Below are positions 9,665-19,045 of a DNA stretch of 64,000 nt, in pieces. The position numbers and the translations under genes were made by a program. This stretch comes from Rhodoferax sp. (GTDB taxonomy: Bacteria; Pseudomonadota; Gammaproteobacteria; Burkholderiales; Burkholderiaceae_C), in the NCBI RefSeq assembly GCF_028714215.1, contig NZ_JAQTMS010000024.1, positions 6,156 to 70,155 on the forward strand, in the 5' to 3' direction. The notes beneath the pieces are model-generated. The model made no database searches and was not told the DNA's origin. It saw nothing but the letters and a program-made list of their open reading frames with translations. Each line of letters opens with the position of its first letter. Positions within the stretch are counted from its first letter, which is position 1.

Positions 9665-10501
9665 ATGGCGGCCTTGGGCAGTTATGAAACGCTGGCGATA
9701 GAGTGCGCCGGGCCGGTCCTTCACGTCACGCTCAACCGGCCTGCATCGCGCAATGCCATGTCGCTGCGCATGGTGGCCGAGTTGCGCTCGGTGCTGGCAA
9801 CTGCCGAAACGGAAGGCGAGGTTCGGGTACTGGTGTTGCGTGGTGCCGGGGGACACTTTTGCGCCGGCGCCGATTTGAAGGATATGGCGGCGGCGCGCAT
9901 GCAGGCTGTGCAGGGCCAGCCGCACTCAAGCGAAGCGGGACTGGCCTTGGACGCTGTGGCACAGGCCAATATGCAGTTCGGTGAGCTGGCCCTGGCCTAT
10001 GCCCATACGCCGCTGGCCCTGGTCGCCGTGCTGGAGGGCACAGTGATGGGAGGGGGCTTCGGCCTGGCCTGCGTGGCCGATGTGGCGCTGGCCTCTGAAT
10101 CGGCGCTGTTTCGCCTGCCGGAGACTGCCTTGGGCCTGGTGCCGGCCCAGATCACCCCATTTTTACTGGAGCGCCTGGGCTATTCGCAGGCCAAGCGGCT
10201 GGCCGTCACCGGAGGTCGTGTCACGGCGGCCCAGGCCTTGGCCATCGGCCTGGTGCATGCCGTGCATGCGCCCGACCAACTTGATGCCGCGCTGACCGCC
10301 GTGCTGGCTGACATTCTGGCCTGCGCTCCCGGCGCCGTCGCTGCCACCAAGGCGTTGCTGGCCCAGGCGCGACTGACACCGGCGGTCGAGCTGGTGCCGC
10401 AGGCGGCACTGGTTTTTTCCCGCGCCGCGCAAGGCGCCGAGGGCCTCGAAGGAACGACAGCTTTTCTTCAAAAGCGCAAACCAAAATGGGCCCAGCCATG
10501 A
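9665..10501 (+). CDS. atuE: Enoyl-CoA hydratase, isohexenylglutaconyl-CoA hydratase AtuE-like
   Basis: LNRPASRNAM, FCAGADLK, GTVMGGGFGLACVAD, PETALG crotonase motifs; operon position. Confidence 0.8.
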   Translation: MAALGSYETLAIECAGPVLHVTLNRPASRNAMSLRMVAELRSVLATAETEGEVRVLVLRGAGGHFCAGADLKDMAAARMQAVQGQPHSSEAGLALDAVAQANMQFGELALAYAHTPLALVAVLEGTVMGGGFGLACVADVALASESALFRLPETALGLVPAQITPFLLERLGYSQAKRLAVTGGRVTAAQALAIGLVHAVHAPDQLDAALTAVLADILACAPGAVAATKALLAQARLTPAVELVPQAALVFSRAAQGAEGLEGTTAFLQKRKPKWAQP

Positions 10502-12462
10502 CATTCACAAAGATATTGATTGCTAACCGGGGAGAGATCGCCTGTCGGGTCATTCGAACGGCGCGCCAGCTGGGTTATCGAACCGTGGCCGTTTACAGCG
10601 ATGCCGATCGGGCTGCGCCGCATGTGCGGCTGGCCGACGAGGCGGTGCATATCGGAGCCTCTGCCGCAGTCGATTCCTACCTGCGCGTCGAGGCTTTGCT
10701 TGAAGCGGCCCGCAAGACTGGCGCTGATGCCGTTCACCCGGGCTACGGATTCCTCAGTGAAAACTCGGGCTTTGCCCAAGCTTGTCTGGACGCCGGACTG
10801 ATTTTCATTGGCCCGCCGCCGGCGGCCATGCAAGCCATGGGCGACAAGGCCTTGGCCAAGCGCCGCATGCTGGCCGCCGGCGTGCCCTGCGCACCGGGCT
10901 ATCTGGGCGAGGAGCAGGACGACGCCAGCTTGACCGAAGAGGCATTAAAACTGGGCTTCCCGTTGCTGGTGAAGGCAGTGGCGGGTGGCGGTGGTCGCGG
11001 CATGCGGCTGGTGCACACAGCGGACGAGATGGCGCAGGCGATTGCCGGCGCGCGGCGTGAAGCGCAAAGCGCTTTTGGCGACGGCACTTTGATGCTGGAG
11101 CGCTTGATCGTCAACGGTAGGCACATCGAGGTCCAGATCTTTGCCGATGCCCATGGCAACGCCGTCCACTTGGGCGAGCGCGACTGCACGGCGCAGCGCC
11201 GGCGGCAGAAAGTGATTGAAGAAGCGCCCTCGCCGGTGGTCCATGCCAGCCTGCGCGAGGCCATGGGCAAGGACGCCGTCGCGGCCGCGCTGGCGGTGGG
11301 TTACCGGGGTGCCGGCACGGTCGAGTTCATGCTGGACGCCGATCTGAAACACTATTTTCTGGAGATGAACACGCGCTTGCAGGTGGAGCACCCGGTGACC
11401 GAAATGGTGACCGGTTTTGATCTGGTCGAGTGGCAACTGCGGGTCGCCGCCGGACAGCCGCTGCCGGTCCGGCAAGCCGACATCCAACTGAGCGGTCACG
11501 CGATCGAGGCGCGCCTCTATGTGGAAGACCCTTATGCCCATTTTGCGCCGCAGACCGGCAGCGTGCGTTGGTGGCGTCCCCAGCAAGCGCTGCTGGGCGG
11601 CGTGCGCATCGACGACGGCATTGAAGAGGGCAACGAGATTTCGCCTTTCTACGACGGACTGGTGGCCAAGCTGATCGTCCACGGGCGGGACCGGGACGAT
11701 GCGATCCGGCGCCTGCGCGCCGCCCTGCAAAACGCGCCCCTGCTGGGACTGCGCAACAACGGCCGCTTCCTGGCCGACCTGGTGAATCATCCGGCGTTTC
11801 GCGGCTCAACCATGACCACCGATACGATAGACCAATGGCAGGAGCGTGGCGAAGCGCTGCTGCAACGCCCCGTGCCAGACGAGCAAACCTGGTGTCTGGC
11901 GGCGGCCGTATTCGCCATGCAGAACGGCGCCAACTGGCGCGCCGACAGCGTGGCCGCGTTCGACCTGCCCCTGCAATGCGAGGACGTCGCGCAAACACTG
12001 CGGGTGCACCCGGATCGCTTGGGTCAGGTCAAGGTGACGCTGGCTGGGCAACTGCATGCGGTGAAGATCCTCGACTTCGAGGACGGCGAGTTGCGCTTCG
12101 AGATCGACGGCGTGACGCGCCGCGCCATTGCGGTGCTGCATCAACAGCAACTGCACCTGGCGGTGGATGGCGCCTCCTTTGTCTTTAGCGAGATTTCGCC
12201 CTTTCCCGGCAAGGACGCGGCGCTGGATGCGACGCAGGCCCGTTCACCGGTGGCCGGCAAGGTCACGCAAATCCAGGTGGCGGCTGGCGACAGCGTCAAA
12301 GAGGGGCAGGCCTTGTTGTGTGTGGAGGCGATGAAGATGGAAATGTGGCTCACGGCGCAAGCCTCGGGTACCGTCGCCGCCTTGCACGTGAAGCTCGGCG
12401 AACAGGTCGAATCAGGTGCCCTGCTGGTCGAAATTGAACTCGAAAAAATGAAGGAAGCATGA
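10498..12462 (+). CDS. atuF: Biotin carboxylase/biotin carrier subunit (geranyl-CoA carboxylase alpha, AtuF-like)
   Basis: ANRGEIA, HPGYGFLSEN, GGGGRGMR, EMNTRLQVEHPVTE, EAMKME biotinylation motif. Confidence 0.85.
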   Translation: MTFTKILIANRGEIACRVIRTARQLGYRTVAVYSDADRAAPHVRLADEAVHIGASAAVDSYLRVEALLEAARKTGADAVHPGYGFLSENSGFAQACLDAGLIFIGPPPAAMQAMGDKALAKRRMLAAGVPCAPGYLGEEQDDASLTEEALKLGFPLLVKAVAGGGGRGMRLVHTADEMAQAIAGARREAQSAFGDGTLMLERLIVNGRHIEVQIFADAHGNAVHLGERDCTAQRRRQKVIEEAPSPVVHASLREAMGKDAVAAALAVGYRGAGTVEFMLDADLKHYFLEMNTRLQVEHPVTEMVTGFDLVEWQLRVAAGQPLPVRQADIQLSGHAIEARLYVEDPYAHFAPQTGSVRWWRPQQALLGGVRIDDGIEEGNEISPFYDGLVAKLIVHGRDRDDAIRRLRAALQNAPLLGLRNNGRFLADLVNHPAFRGSTMTTDTIDQWQERGEALLQRPVPDEQTWCLAAAVFAMQNGANWRADSVAAFDLPLQCEDVAQTLRVHPDRLGQVKVTLAGQLHAVKILDFEDGELRFEIDGVTRRAIAVLHQQQLHLAVDGASFVFSEISPFPGKDAALDATQARSPVAGKVTQIQVAAGDSVKEGQALLCVEAMKMEMWLTAQASGTVAALHVKLGEQVESGALLVEIELEKMKEA

Positions 12463-13355
12463 TGGACAAAGCGATTCTGACCTGCGCCCTGACCGGCGTC
12501 CTGACCAACCCCAGGCAGCATCCGGTGCCAGTCACGCCGGCCCAGATGGCCGCAGAGGCGCGTGACGCGTTCAACGCCGGTGCCTCCATCATGCATGTGC
12601 ATCTGCGCCGGCAGGAGGAGGGCATGGGCCATCTGCCGAGCTGGGACCCGGAGGTTGCCGAATTGGTTGTCGATGCCATTCGCGCGGCCTGCCCCGGCGT
12701 CATCATCAACCTGACCACTGGCGTGGTGGGCCAGGACATCGCCGGCCCGCTGGCCTGCATCCGGCGCGTCAAACCCGAGATCGCGGCCTGCAATGCCGGC
12801 AGTCTGAATTACCTCAAGATCAAGGACGACGGCCAATGGGCCTGGCCGCCCATGGTGTTCGACAACCCGGTCGCCAAAGTGCAGCAGTTTCTCGATGTGA
12901 TGCAGGAGTGCCAGGTGCACCCCGAGTTCGAGTGTTTCGACGTCGGCATCGTGCGTTCGGTCGGCATGTATTTGAAGGCCGGCATGCTAAAGGCAGAGCT
13001 GGGGCGGGCCGAATACAACCTGGTGATGGGGGTGGCCTCCGGTATGCCCTGCGATGCTGATTTGCTGGCGCTGATTCCGCGCTGGATGGCCGCCGACAGT
13101 GTCTGGCAAAGCACCTTGATCGGCCGGGCTGAGATCTGGCCGGTGCACCAGAAGACTGCTGAGCTGGGCGGCATGCTGCGCAGCGGTCTGGAAGACACTT
13201 TCTATCTGCCCAACGGCGACAAGGCGAAAGGCAATGGCGAGCTGATCGCGGCCCTGGCCGAATGCGCCCGCAGGGCAGGGCGCGTGGTGGCCAGTCCGGC
13301 CGAGGCGCGGGTGTTGCTGGGATTGCGTGCCAGTGCAGCGGCAAGCCCAGGGTAG
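12459..13355 (+). CDS. DUF849 beta-keto acid cleavage enzyme (BKACE/Kce family)
   Basis: LTCALTG, PVTPAQMAAEA..AGASIMHVHLR (HxH), PEFECFD, RSGLEDT. Confidence 0.9.
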   Translation: MMDKAILTCALTGVLTNPRQHPVPVTPAQMAAEARDAFNAGASIMHVHLRRQEEGMGHLPSWDPEVAELVVDAIRAACPGVIINLTTGVVGQDIAGPLACIRRVKPEIAACNAGSLNYLKIKDDGQWAWPPMVFDNPVAKVQQFLDVMQECQVHPEFECFDVGIVRSVGMYLKAGMLKAELGRAEYNLVMGVASGMPCDADLLALIPRWMAADSVWQSTLIGRAEIWPVHQKTAELGGMLRSGLEDTFYLPNGDKAKGNGELIAALAECARRAGRVVASPAEARVLLGLRASAAASPG

Positions 13356-13373
13356 GTCGCACGCCAAGGCAAG

Positions 13374-13409
13374 AAAAAACCCGCGACGCGGGAGCGCGTG
13401 CGGGTTTTG
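13374..13409 (-). terminator. Rho-independent terminator downstream of tRNA-Leu (possibly bidirectional)
   Basis: AAAAAACCCGCGACGCG-GGAG-CGCGTGCGGGTTTT GC stem flanked by A/T tracts. Confidence 0.8.
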
Positions 13410-13412
13410 ATC

Positions 13413-13497
13413 TGGTGCCTCGGGCCGGAATCGAACCGGCACACCTTTCGGTACTGGATTTTGAGTCCAGCGCGTCTACCAATTCCACCACCGAGGC
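13413..13497 (-). tRNA. tRNA-Leu (anticodon CAA), 85 nt with encoded CCA
   Basis: GCCTCGGTGGTGGAATTGGTAGAC...CTGGACTCAAAATCCAG...GGTTCGATTCC..GAGGCACCA with long variable arm. Confidence 0.97.
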
Positions 13498-13537
13498 AGG
13501 AAGGAGATGAGGCGCGAATTATGGCACAGTGTGGGGT

Positions 13538-14440
13538 ATGAAATATCCAACGATTGAAGATTCCATCGGAAAAACCCCCCTGGTGCGCTTGCAGCGTATC
13601 GGTGCTGAGGAAAACGACAAGCGTGGCAACGTGATTCTGGGCAAGCTCGAAGGCAATAACCCGGCCGGCTCGGTGAAAGACCGGCCCGCTTTGTCGATGA
13701 TCCGGCGGGCCCAGGAACGGGGCGAAATCAAACCCGGCGACACCTTGATCGAAGCCACCTCCGGCAACACCGGCATTGCGCTGGCGATGGCCGCCGCCAT
13801 CAAGGGCTACCGCATGATTTTGATCATGCCCGAAGACCTCTCGATCGAGCGCGCCCAGACCATGAAGGCGTTCGGTGCCGAACTGATCCTGACACCCAAG
13901 AGCGGCGGCATCGAGTACGCACGCGATCTGGCCGAGCAGATGCAGCGCGACGGCAAGGGGCTGGTGCTGGACCAGTTTGCCAATGCCGACAACCCGCGCA
14001 TTCACTTCGAGACCACCGGACCGGAAATCTGGGCCGATACCAAGGGGAAGGTCACGCATTTTGTCAGCGCCATGGGCACCACCGGCACTATCACCGGGGT
14101 CTCCCAGTTTCTGAAACAGAAGAATCCGGCGATCCAGGTGGTTGGCGTGCAGCCGCTGGAGGGCTCGCGCATCCCCGGCATTCGCAAATGGCCGCAGGAA
14201 TACCTGCCGAAAATCTACGATCCGTCCCATGTCGACGAGTTGATGTACGTCAGTCAGGAGACGGCCGAAGACATGTGCCGGCGTCTGGCGCGGGAGGAAG
14301 GCATTTTTGCCGGCATCTCGGCCGCCGGCGCCTGCTGGGTGGCGCAGGAGATTGCCCAGCGCGAGAGCAACGCCACCATCGTGTTCGTGGTCTGCGACCG
14401 CGGCGACCGTTATCTCTCGACCGGCGTTTTTCCGGCCTGA
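13538..14440 (+). CDS. cysM: Cysteine synthase B
   Basis: GKLEGNNPAGSVKDRPA PLP lysine, EATSGNTG, MGTTGTITG, VCDRGDRYLSTGVF. Confidence 0.95.
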   Translation: MKYPTIEDSIGKTPLVRLQRIGAEENDKRGNVILGKLEGNNPAGSVKDRPALSMIRRAQERGEIKPGDTLIEATSGNTGIALAMAAAIKGYRMILIMPEDLSIERAQTMKAFGAELILTPKSGGIEYARDLAEQMQRDGKGLVLDQFANADNPRIHFETTGPEIWADTKGKVTHFVSAMGTTGTITGVSQFLKQKNPAIQVVGVQPLEGSRIPGIRKWPQEYLPKIYDPSHVDELMYVSQETAEDMCRRLAREEGIFAGISAAGACWVAQEIAQRESNATIVFVVCDRGDRYLSTGVFPA

Positions 14441-14462
14441 TGCACAGCGACAAGGTTTTTCA

Positions 14463-14993
14463 ATGACTCAGCCGTTCCGCTTCTGCCCGCAATGCGCCAC
14501 GCCGCTGGCCCCCATCACGCAATTCGAGGACGGCGGCGAAAAAGAACGTCTGCGCTGCGCGGCCTGCGGTTACACCCACTGGAACAATCCAACGCCGGTG
14601 CTGGCGGCCGTGATCGAGTACCAGGGCAAGGTTCTGCTGGCCCAGAACGCGGCCTGGCCGGGCAAGATGTTTGCCCTGATCACCGGTTTCATGGAGGCCG
14701 GCGAAACGCCGCAAGGCGGCATGGCGCGTGAAATCAAGGAGGAAACCAGCCTTGACACCAGCGAGCTGAATTTGATCGGTGTCTATGATTTCCAGCGCAT
14801 GAACCAGGTCATCATTGCCTATCACGCGCTCTGCCAGGGGGAGGTCAGGCTTTCGCCCGAACTGGTGGATCACCGGCTGTTTGCCCTGGACGAAGTGAGA
14901 TGCTGGCCGGCCGGCACCGGCCATGCACTGGCCGACTGGTTGCGCTCGCGCGGCCATCAGCCGCAGTTCATGGAATTTCCCAGGCGGGCCTGA
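14463..14993 (+). CDS. NUDIX hydrolase with N-terminal zinc ribbon
   Basis: FCPQCA...CAACG zinc ribbon; GFMEAGETPQGGMAREIKEET Nudix box. Confidence 0.9.
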   Translation: MTQPFRFCPQCATPLAPITQFEDGGEKERLRCAACGYTHWNNPTPVLAAVIEYQGKVLLAQNAAWPGKMFALITGFMEAGETPQGGMAREIKEETSLDTSELNLIGVYDFQRMNQVIIAYHALCQGEVRLSPELVDHRLFALDEVRCWPAGTGHALADWLRSRGHQPQFMEFPRRA

Positions 14994-15035
14994 GCGCCGG
15001 GGCCCTAGAATTCAGCTCATTCCAAGGAAAATTTG

Positions 15036-15263
15036 ATGCAAATCGACCGAGAACTCGACGCCCGTGGCCTGAACTGCCCGCTGCCCATTCTGAAAGCCAA
15101 GAAGGCGCTGGCCGACATGCAAAGCGGACAAACCCTGCAGGTGGTCGCCACCGATGCCGGTTCGGTGCGTGACTTCCAGGCCTTTGCCAAGCAGACCGGC
15201 AACGAATTGCTGGAGCAGAAGACCGTCGGCAAGGAGTTTTTTCACGTCCTGCGGCGGCGCTAG
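15036..15263 (+). CDS. tusA: TusA/SirA-family sulfur carrier
   Basis: LDARGLNCPLPILKAKKAL CPxP motif. Confidence 0.88.
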   Translation: MQIDRELDARGLNCPLPILKAKKALADMQSGQTLQVVATDAGSVRDFQAFAKQTGNELLEQKTVGKEFFHVLRRR

Positions 15264-15271
15264 AAAACGCT

Positions 15272-18200
15272 TCAGCCCAGGCGTTTCAACTGCTCCCTGA
15301 GCTTGGCCAGCGTCGCCTCAAAATCGGCCACCCGCTTGCGCTCCTGCTCGATCACGGCGGCAGGCGCTTTGGCCACAAAAGCCTGATTGCTCAATTTGCC
15401 GCCGGCTCGGGCAATTTCGCCTTCCAGACGGCTGGCCTCCTTGCCCAGGCGAAGTTTTTCGGCGGCTACGTCGATTTCCATGTGCAGGCAGATGCGGGCA
15501 CCGCCCACAACCGCCACCGGCGCTGCCTGCGCCGCGGCGGACCAGGCCGCCTCGTCGTCAAAGACACGTACTTCATTGAGCTTGGCCAGCGCCTGCAAGA
15601 CCGGCGCCGATTGGTTCAAAAAGTCGGCTTCAGCCGCCTGGCCGGCCATCACGAACAGCGGTAGCCGGGTCGCCGGCGAGACGCTCATCTCGCCGCGCAG
15701 ATTGCGGCAGGCATCCACCAGCGCTTTGAGTTTTACGACCTGGGCTATGGCCGCTTCGTCGATCCGCTCGGGCTGCGTCTGAGGGTAGGCCGCAATCGAC
15801 ACCGACGCGCCGCCACGACCGGCCACCGGCGCCACTTTTTGCCACAACTCCTCGGTGACGAAGGGAATCACCGGGTGCGCCAGCCGCAGTATGGTTTCCA
15901 GCGTGCGAATCAGCGTGCGGCGGGTGGCGCGTTTTTGCGCCTCGTTGCCTTGCTGAATCTGCACCTTGGCGATTTCCAGGTACCAGTCGCAGAACTCGTT
16001 CCAGATGAAGTCGTAGATTGTGTTGGCGACGTTGTCGAGACGGTATTCTTCAAAGCCCTGGCTGATATCGGCTTCGACGCGCTGCAACAGCGAGACGATC
16101 CAGCGGTCTGCCGCGCTGAAGTCCAGGTAGCCATGGGCGCTGCCGCCGACGGCGCATTCTTCCTGGGTGTGCTCGTTCAAGCCGCAATCCTGGCCTTCGC
16201 AGTTCATCAGCACAAAGCGGCTGGCGTTCCACAGCTTGTTGCAGAAATTGCGATAACCCTCGCAGCGTTTGGTATCGAAGTTGATGTTGCGGCCCAGTGA
16301 CGCCAAAGAGGCGAAGGTGAACCTCAGCGCGTCGGCGCCAAAGGCCGGAATGCCGGCCGGGAATTCTTTCTCGGTGTTCTTGCGCACCTGCGGCGCGGTC
16401 TCGGGTTTGCGCAGACCTTCGGAGCGCTTCACCAGCAATTCAGGCAACGCAATGCCGTCGATCAGATCCACCGGGTCCAGCACATTGCCCTCGGACTTGC
16501 TCATCTTGTGGCCTTGCGCATCGCGCACCAGACCATGGATGTAGACGTGCTTGAATGGCACCTGGCCGGTGAAGTGCGTGGTCATCATGATCATCCGGGC
16601 GACCCAGAAGAAGATGATGTCGTAGCCGGTGACCAGCACGCTGCTGGGTAGGTAGAGGTTGTAGTCGCTCAGCTTGCCCGCTGTTGCCCCGCGCTGAGAC
16701 AAGGCGGACTCGTTCGCACTCATACTCGCTGCGCTCGCCAAATCGTCGCGTCCGAGCCCGCCTTGCCCCAGCGCTGCGTTGTTGCTTTCGGGCCAGCCCA
16801 TGGTGCTGAAGGGAACTAGCGCGGAGGAGTACCAGGTGTCCAGCACGTCTTCGTCGCGCTTGAGCGTCTTGCCTGGAGCCTGGGCCTGCGCTTCGGCTTC
16901 GTTCCGCGCCACGTAGACCTGGCCGTTTTCGTCGTACCAGGCCGGAATCTGATGGCCCCACCAGAGCTGGCGGCTGATGCACCAGTCCTGGATGTTGTTC
17001 ATCCACTGGTTGTAGGTATTGACCCAGTTCTCGGGCACGAACTTCACCGCGCCGGATTGGACCGCGTCAATGGCTTTTTGCGCAATGGATCTGCCATCGA
17101 AGGCTGGACAATTTTCCGACGGGCCGCCCCTAGGAAAATTAGCCCCCTCGGGGGGCAGCGAGGACACGCCAGTGCCGAGCGTGGGGGCCTTGTTCATGGC
17201 GACGAACCACTGGTCGGTCAGCATCGGCTCTATCACCTGGCCAGTGCGCGCGCAGCGCGGCACCATCAGCTTGTGTTTCTTGATCTCCACCAGCAAGCCC
17301 AGCGCTTCGAGATCGGCCACCACTTTCTTGCGCGCCACAAAGCGGTCCAGCCCCAGATAGGCTGCGGGTGCCTGGTCGTTGATTTTGGCGTCCAGCGTCA
17401 ACACGCCGATCAAGGGCAGCTTGTGGCGCTGGCCGACGGCATAGTCATTCTGGTCATGCGCCGGCGTCACCTTCACCACACCGGTGCCGAAGGCCTGGTC
17501 GACGTAGTCGTCGGCAATGATGGGGATGGCGCGGTTGCACAGGGGCAGGGTGACCTGCTTGCCGATCAGGTGCCGGTAGCGCTCGTCTTCCGGGTGCACC
17601 ATCGCCGCCACGTCGCCCAGCATGGTTTCCGGGCGCGTCGTGGCCACCACCAGGCCGGCCGCCATTTCACCGTTCACCAATTGCGGACCGTCGGCAAACG
17701 GATAGCGGATGTGCCACAGAAAGCCGTCCTCTTCTTCGCTTTCCACTTCCAGGTCGCTGACCGCGCTTTGCAGCACCGGGTCCCAGTTGACCAAGCGTTT
17801 GCCACGGTAGATCAGGCCTTGTTCATAGAGCTGGACAAAAGTCTCGGTCACCGTTTTGGACAGATCTTCGTCCATGGTGAAGTATTCGCGGCTCCAGTCG
17901 ACGCTGTCGCCCATGCGGCGCATCTGGGTCGTGATGGTGTTGCCGGACTGCTCTTTCCATTCCCACACCTTGGCCACGAAGTTCTTGCGGCCCAGGTCGT
18001 GGCGGCTGATTTTTTGTTCCTGCAACTGGCGTTCGACGACGATTTGCGTGGCAATGCCGGCGTGGTCGGTGCCGGGGATCCAGACCGTGTTGGCGCCGCG
18101 CATGCGGTGGTGGCGCGTCAGCGAGTCCATGATGGTCTGGTTGAAGGCGTGCCCCATGTGCAGGGTGCCGGTGACGTTGGGCGGCGGTAACTGGATGGAA

Positions 18201-18358
18201 AAAGACGGCGCGCCCGATTTGGGCTGGCCTGTGCCGCGATAGCCGGCCTGCGCGTAGCCGCGGCGCTCCCATTCGGGTCCCCATTGGGCCTCGATGGCGG
18301 CGGGTTCGAAAGATTTGGAAAGGCTGTTGAGGCCCGGTTGTTGTTGTGCTTCGTTCAT
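15272..18358 (-). CDS. valS: Valine--tRNA ligase carrying two in-frame palindromic insertions
   Basis: [31 protein letters not shown]-terminal coiled coil; about 1028 aa from ATG 18358. Confidence 0.97.
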   Translation of the reverse strand: MNEAQQQPGLNSLSKSFEPAAIEAQWGPEWERRGYAQAGYRGTGQPKSGAPSFSIQLPPPNVTGTLHMGHAFNQTIMDSLTRHHRMRGANTVWIPGTDHAGIATQIVVERQLQEQKISRHDLGRKNFVAKVWEWKEQSGNTITTQMRRMGDSVDWSREYFTMDEDLSKTVTETFVQLYEQGLIYRGKRLVNWDPVLQSAVSDLEVESEEEDGFLWHIRYPFADGPQLVNGEMAAGLVVATTRPETMLGDVAAMVHPEDERYRHLIGKQVTLPLCNRAIPIIADDYVDQAFGTGVVKVTPAHDQNDYAVGQRHKLPLIGVLTLDAKINDQAPAAYLGLDRFVARKKVVADLEALGLLVEIKKHKLMVPRCARTGQVIEPMLTDQWFVAMNKAPTLGTGVSSLPPEGANFPRGGPSENCPAFDGRSIAQKAIDAVQSGAVKFVPENWVNTYNQWMNNIQDWCISRQLWWGHQIPAWYDENGQVYVARNEAEAQAQAPGKTLKRDEDVLDTWYSSALVPFSTMGWPESNNAALGQGGLGRDDLASAASMSANESALSQRGATAGKLSDYNLYLPSSVLVTGYDIIFFWVARMIMMTTHFTGQVPFKHVYIHGLVRDAQGHKMSKSEGNVLDPVDLIDGIALPELLVKRSEGLRKPETAPQVRKNTEKEFPAGIPAFGADALRFTFASLASLGRNINFDTKRCEGYRNFCNKLWNASRFVLMNCEGQDCGLNEHTQEECAVGGSAHGYLDFSAADRWIVSLLQRVEADISQGFEEYRLDNVANTIYDFIWNEFCDWYLEIAKVQIQQGNEAQKRATRRTLIRTLETILRLAHPVIPFVTEELWQKVAPVAGRGGASVSIAAYPQTQPERIDEAAIAQVVKLKALVDACRNLRGEMSVSPATRLPLFVMAGQAAEADFLNQSAPVLQALAKLNEVRVFDDEAAWSAAAQAAPVAVVGGARICLHMEIDVAAEKLRLGKEASRLEGEIARAGGKLSNQAFVAKAPAAVIEQERKRVADFEATLAKLREQLKRLG
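16691..16774 (-). repeat. 84-bp hairpin element inserted in frame in valS
   Basis: 22-bp arms GCGCTGGGGCAAGGCGGGCTCG / CGAGTCCGCCTTGTCTCAGCGC (three G-U pairs); length is 28 codons. Confidence 0.75.
17110..17188 (-). repeat. REP-like element inserted in frame in valS ([26 protein letters not shown])
   Basis: GCCCCCACGCTC...CCCCCCGAGGGGG...AATTTTCC-N-GGAAAATT nested palindromes inside the coding sequence. Confidence 0.75.
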
Positions 18359-18468
18359 GTTGCCTTTGATTTTATTCGGGAATAAGATTTTCATAGGCAA
18401 AAGCAATTCAAGGCATTGATGCAGTCAATTAGACCGAGCTCGCCTTCCCGGCTAAGCTCTACCCGTCT

Positions 18469-18482
18469 TTGATCATGATCAC
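18469..18482. promoter_or_regulatory. FNR-like box upstream of rubrerythrin
   Basis: TTGAT-CATG-ATCAC, 9/10 to TTGAT-N4-ATCAA, about 60 bp before ATG 18538. Confidence 0.55.
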
Positions 18483-18537
18483 ATCATGAGGATCAAGGCG
18501 AGCGTATTATTTTTTCTTTAACCTCTAGGAGATTTCC

Positions 18538-18960
18538 ATGGCAGCACTCAAAGGCTCGAAGACGGAAGACAACCTGAAAGCCGCCTTCGCGGGCGAGTCG
18601 CAGGCGAATCGCCGTTATCTGTATTTCGCGAACAAGGCCGACGTCGAAGGTCAACCGGACGTGGCGGCGCTGTTCCGCTCCACCGCGGAAGGTGAGACCG
18701 GCCATGCGCACGGCCATCTGGAATGGCTGGAGACCTGCGGCGACCCGGCCACCGGTTTGCCGTTCGGCGGCACCCGCGACAACCTCAAATCGGCAGTGGC
18801 CGGCGAGACCCATGAGTACACCGACATGTACCCCGGCATGGCCAAGACCGCCCGTGACGAAGGTCATGACGAAGTGGCGGACTGGTTCGAGACGCTGGCC
18901 AAGGCCGAGCGCTCGCATGCCAACCGCTATGCCAAGGCCTTGGCTGAATTGGCCGATTGA
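18538..18960 (+). CDS. Rubrerythrin (short form without rubredoxin domain)
   Basis: AFAGESQANRRY, EGETGHA, GETHEYTDMYP, AERSHA di-iron ExxH motifs. Confidence 0.95.
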   Translation: MAALKGSKTEDNLKAAFAGESQANRRYLYFANKADVEGQPDVAALFRSTAEGETGHAHGHLEWLETCGDPATGLPFGGTRDNLKSAVAGETHEYTDMYPGMAKTARDEGHDEVADWFETLAKAERSHANRYAKALAELAD

Positions 18961-19045
18961 TAGCGTGACCGAGTAGTCCGTGTTGGGCGTTGCAAGCAGC
19001 GCCCAATGCAGAACACTCAAAAACACATTCTGAAAAGGCCAGACC

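Noticed and set aside
13413-13497. tRNA-Leu as an island integration site
   Set aside because: No integrase, no duplicated tRNA 3' end and ordinary flanking genes
18417-18429. TTGATGCAGTCAA palindrome upstream of valS/rubrerythrin
   Set aside because: Spacing is one base short for FNR; it fits only a generic LysR T-N11-A pattern, which is too common to call
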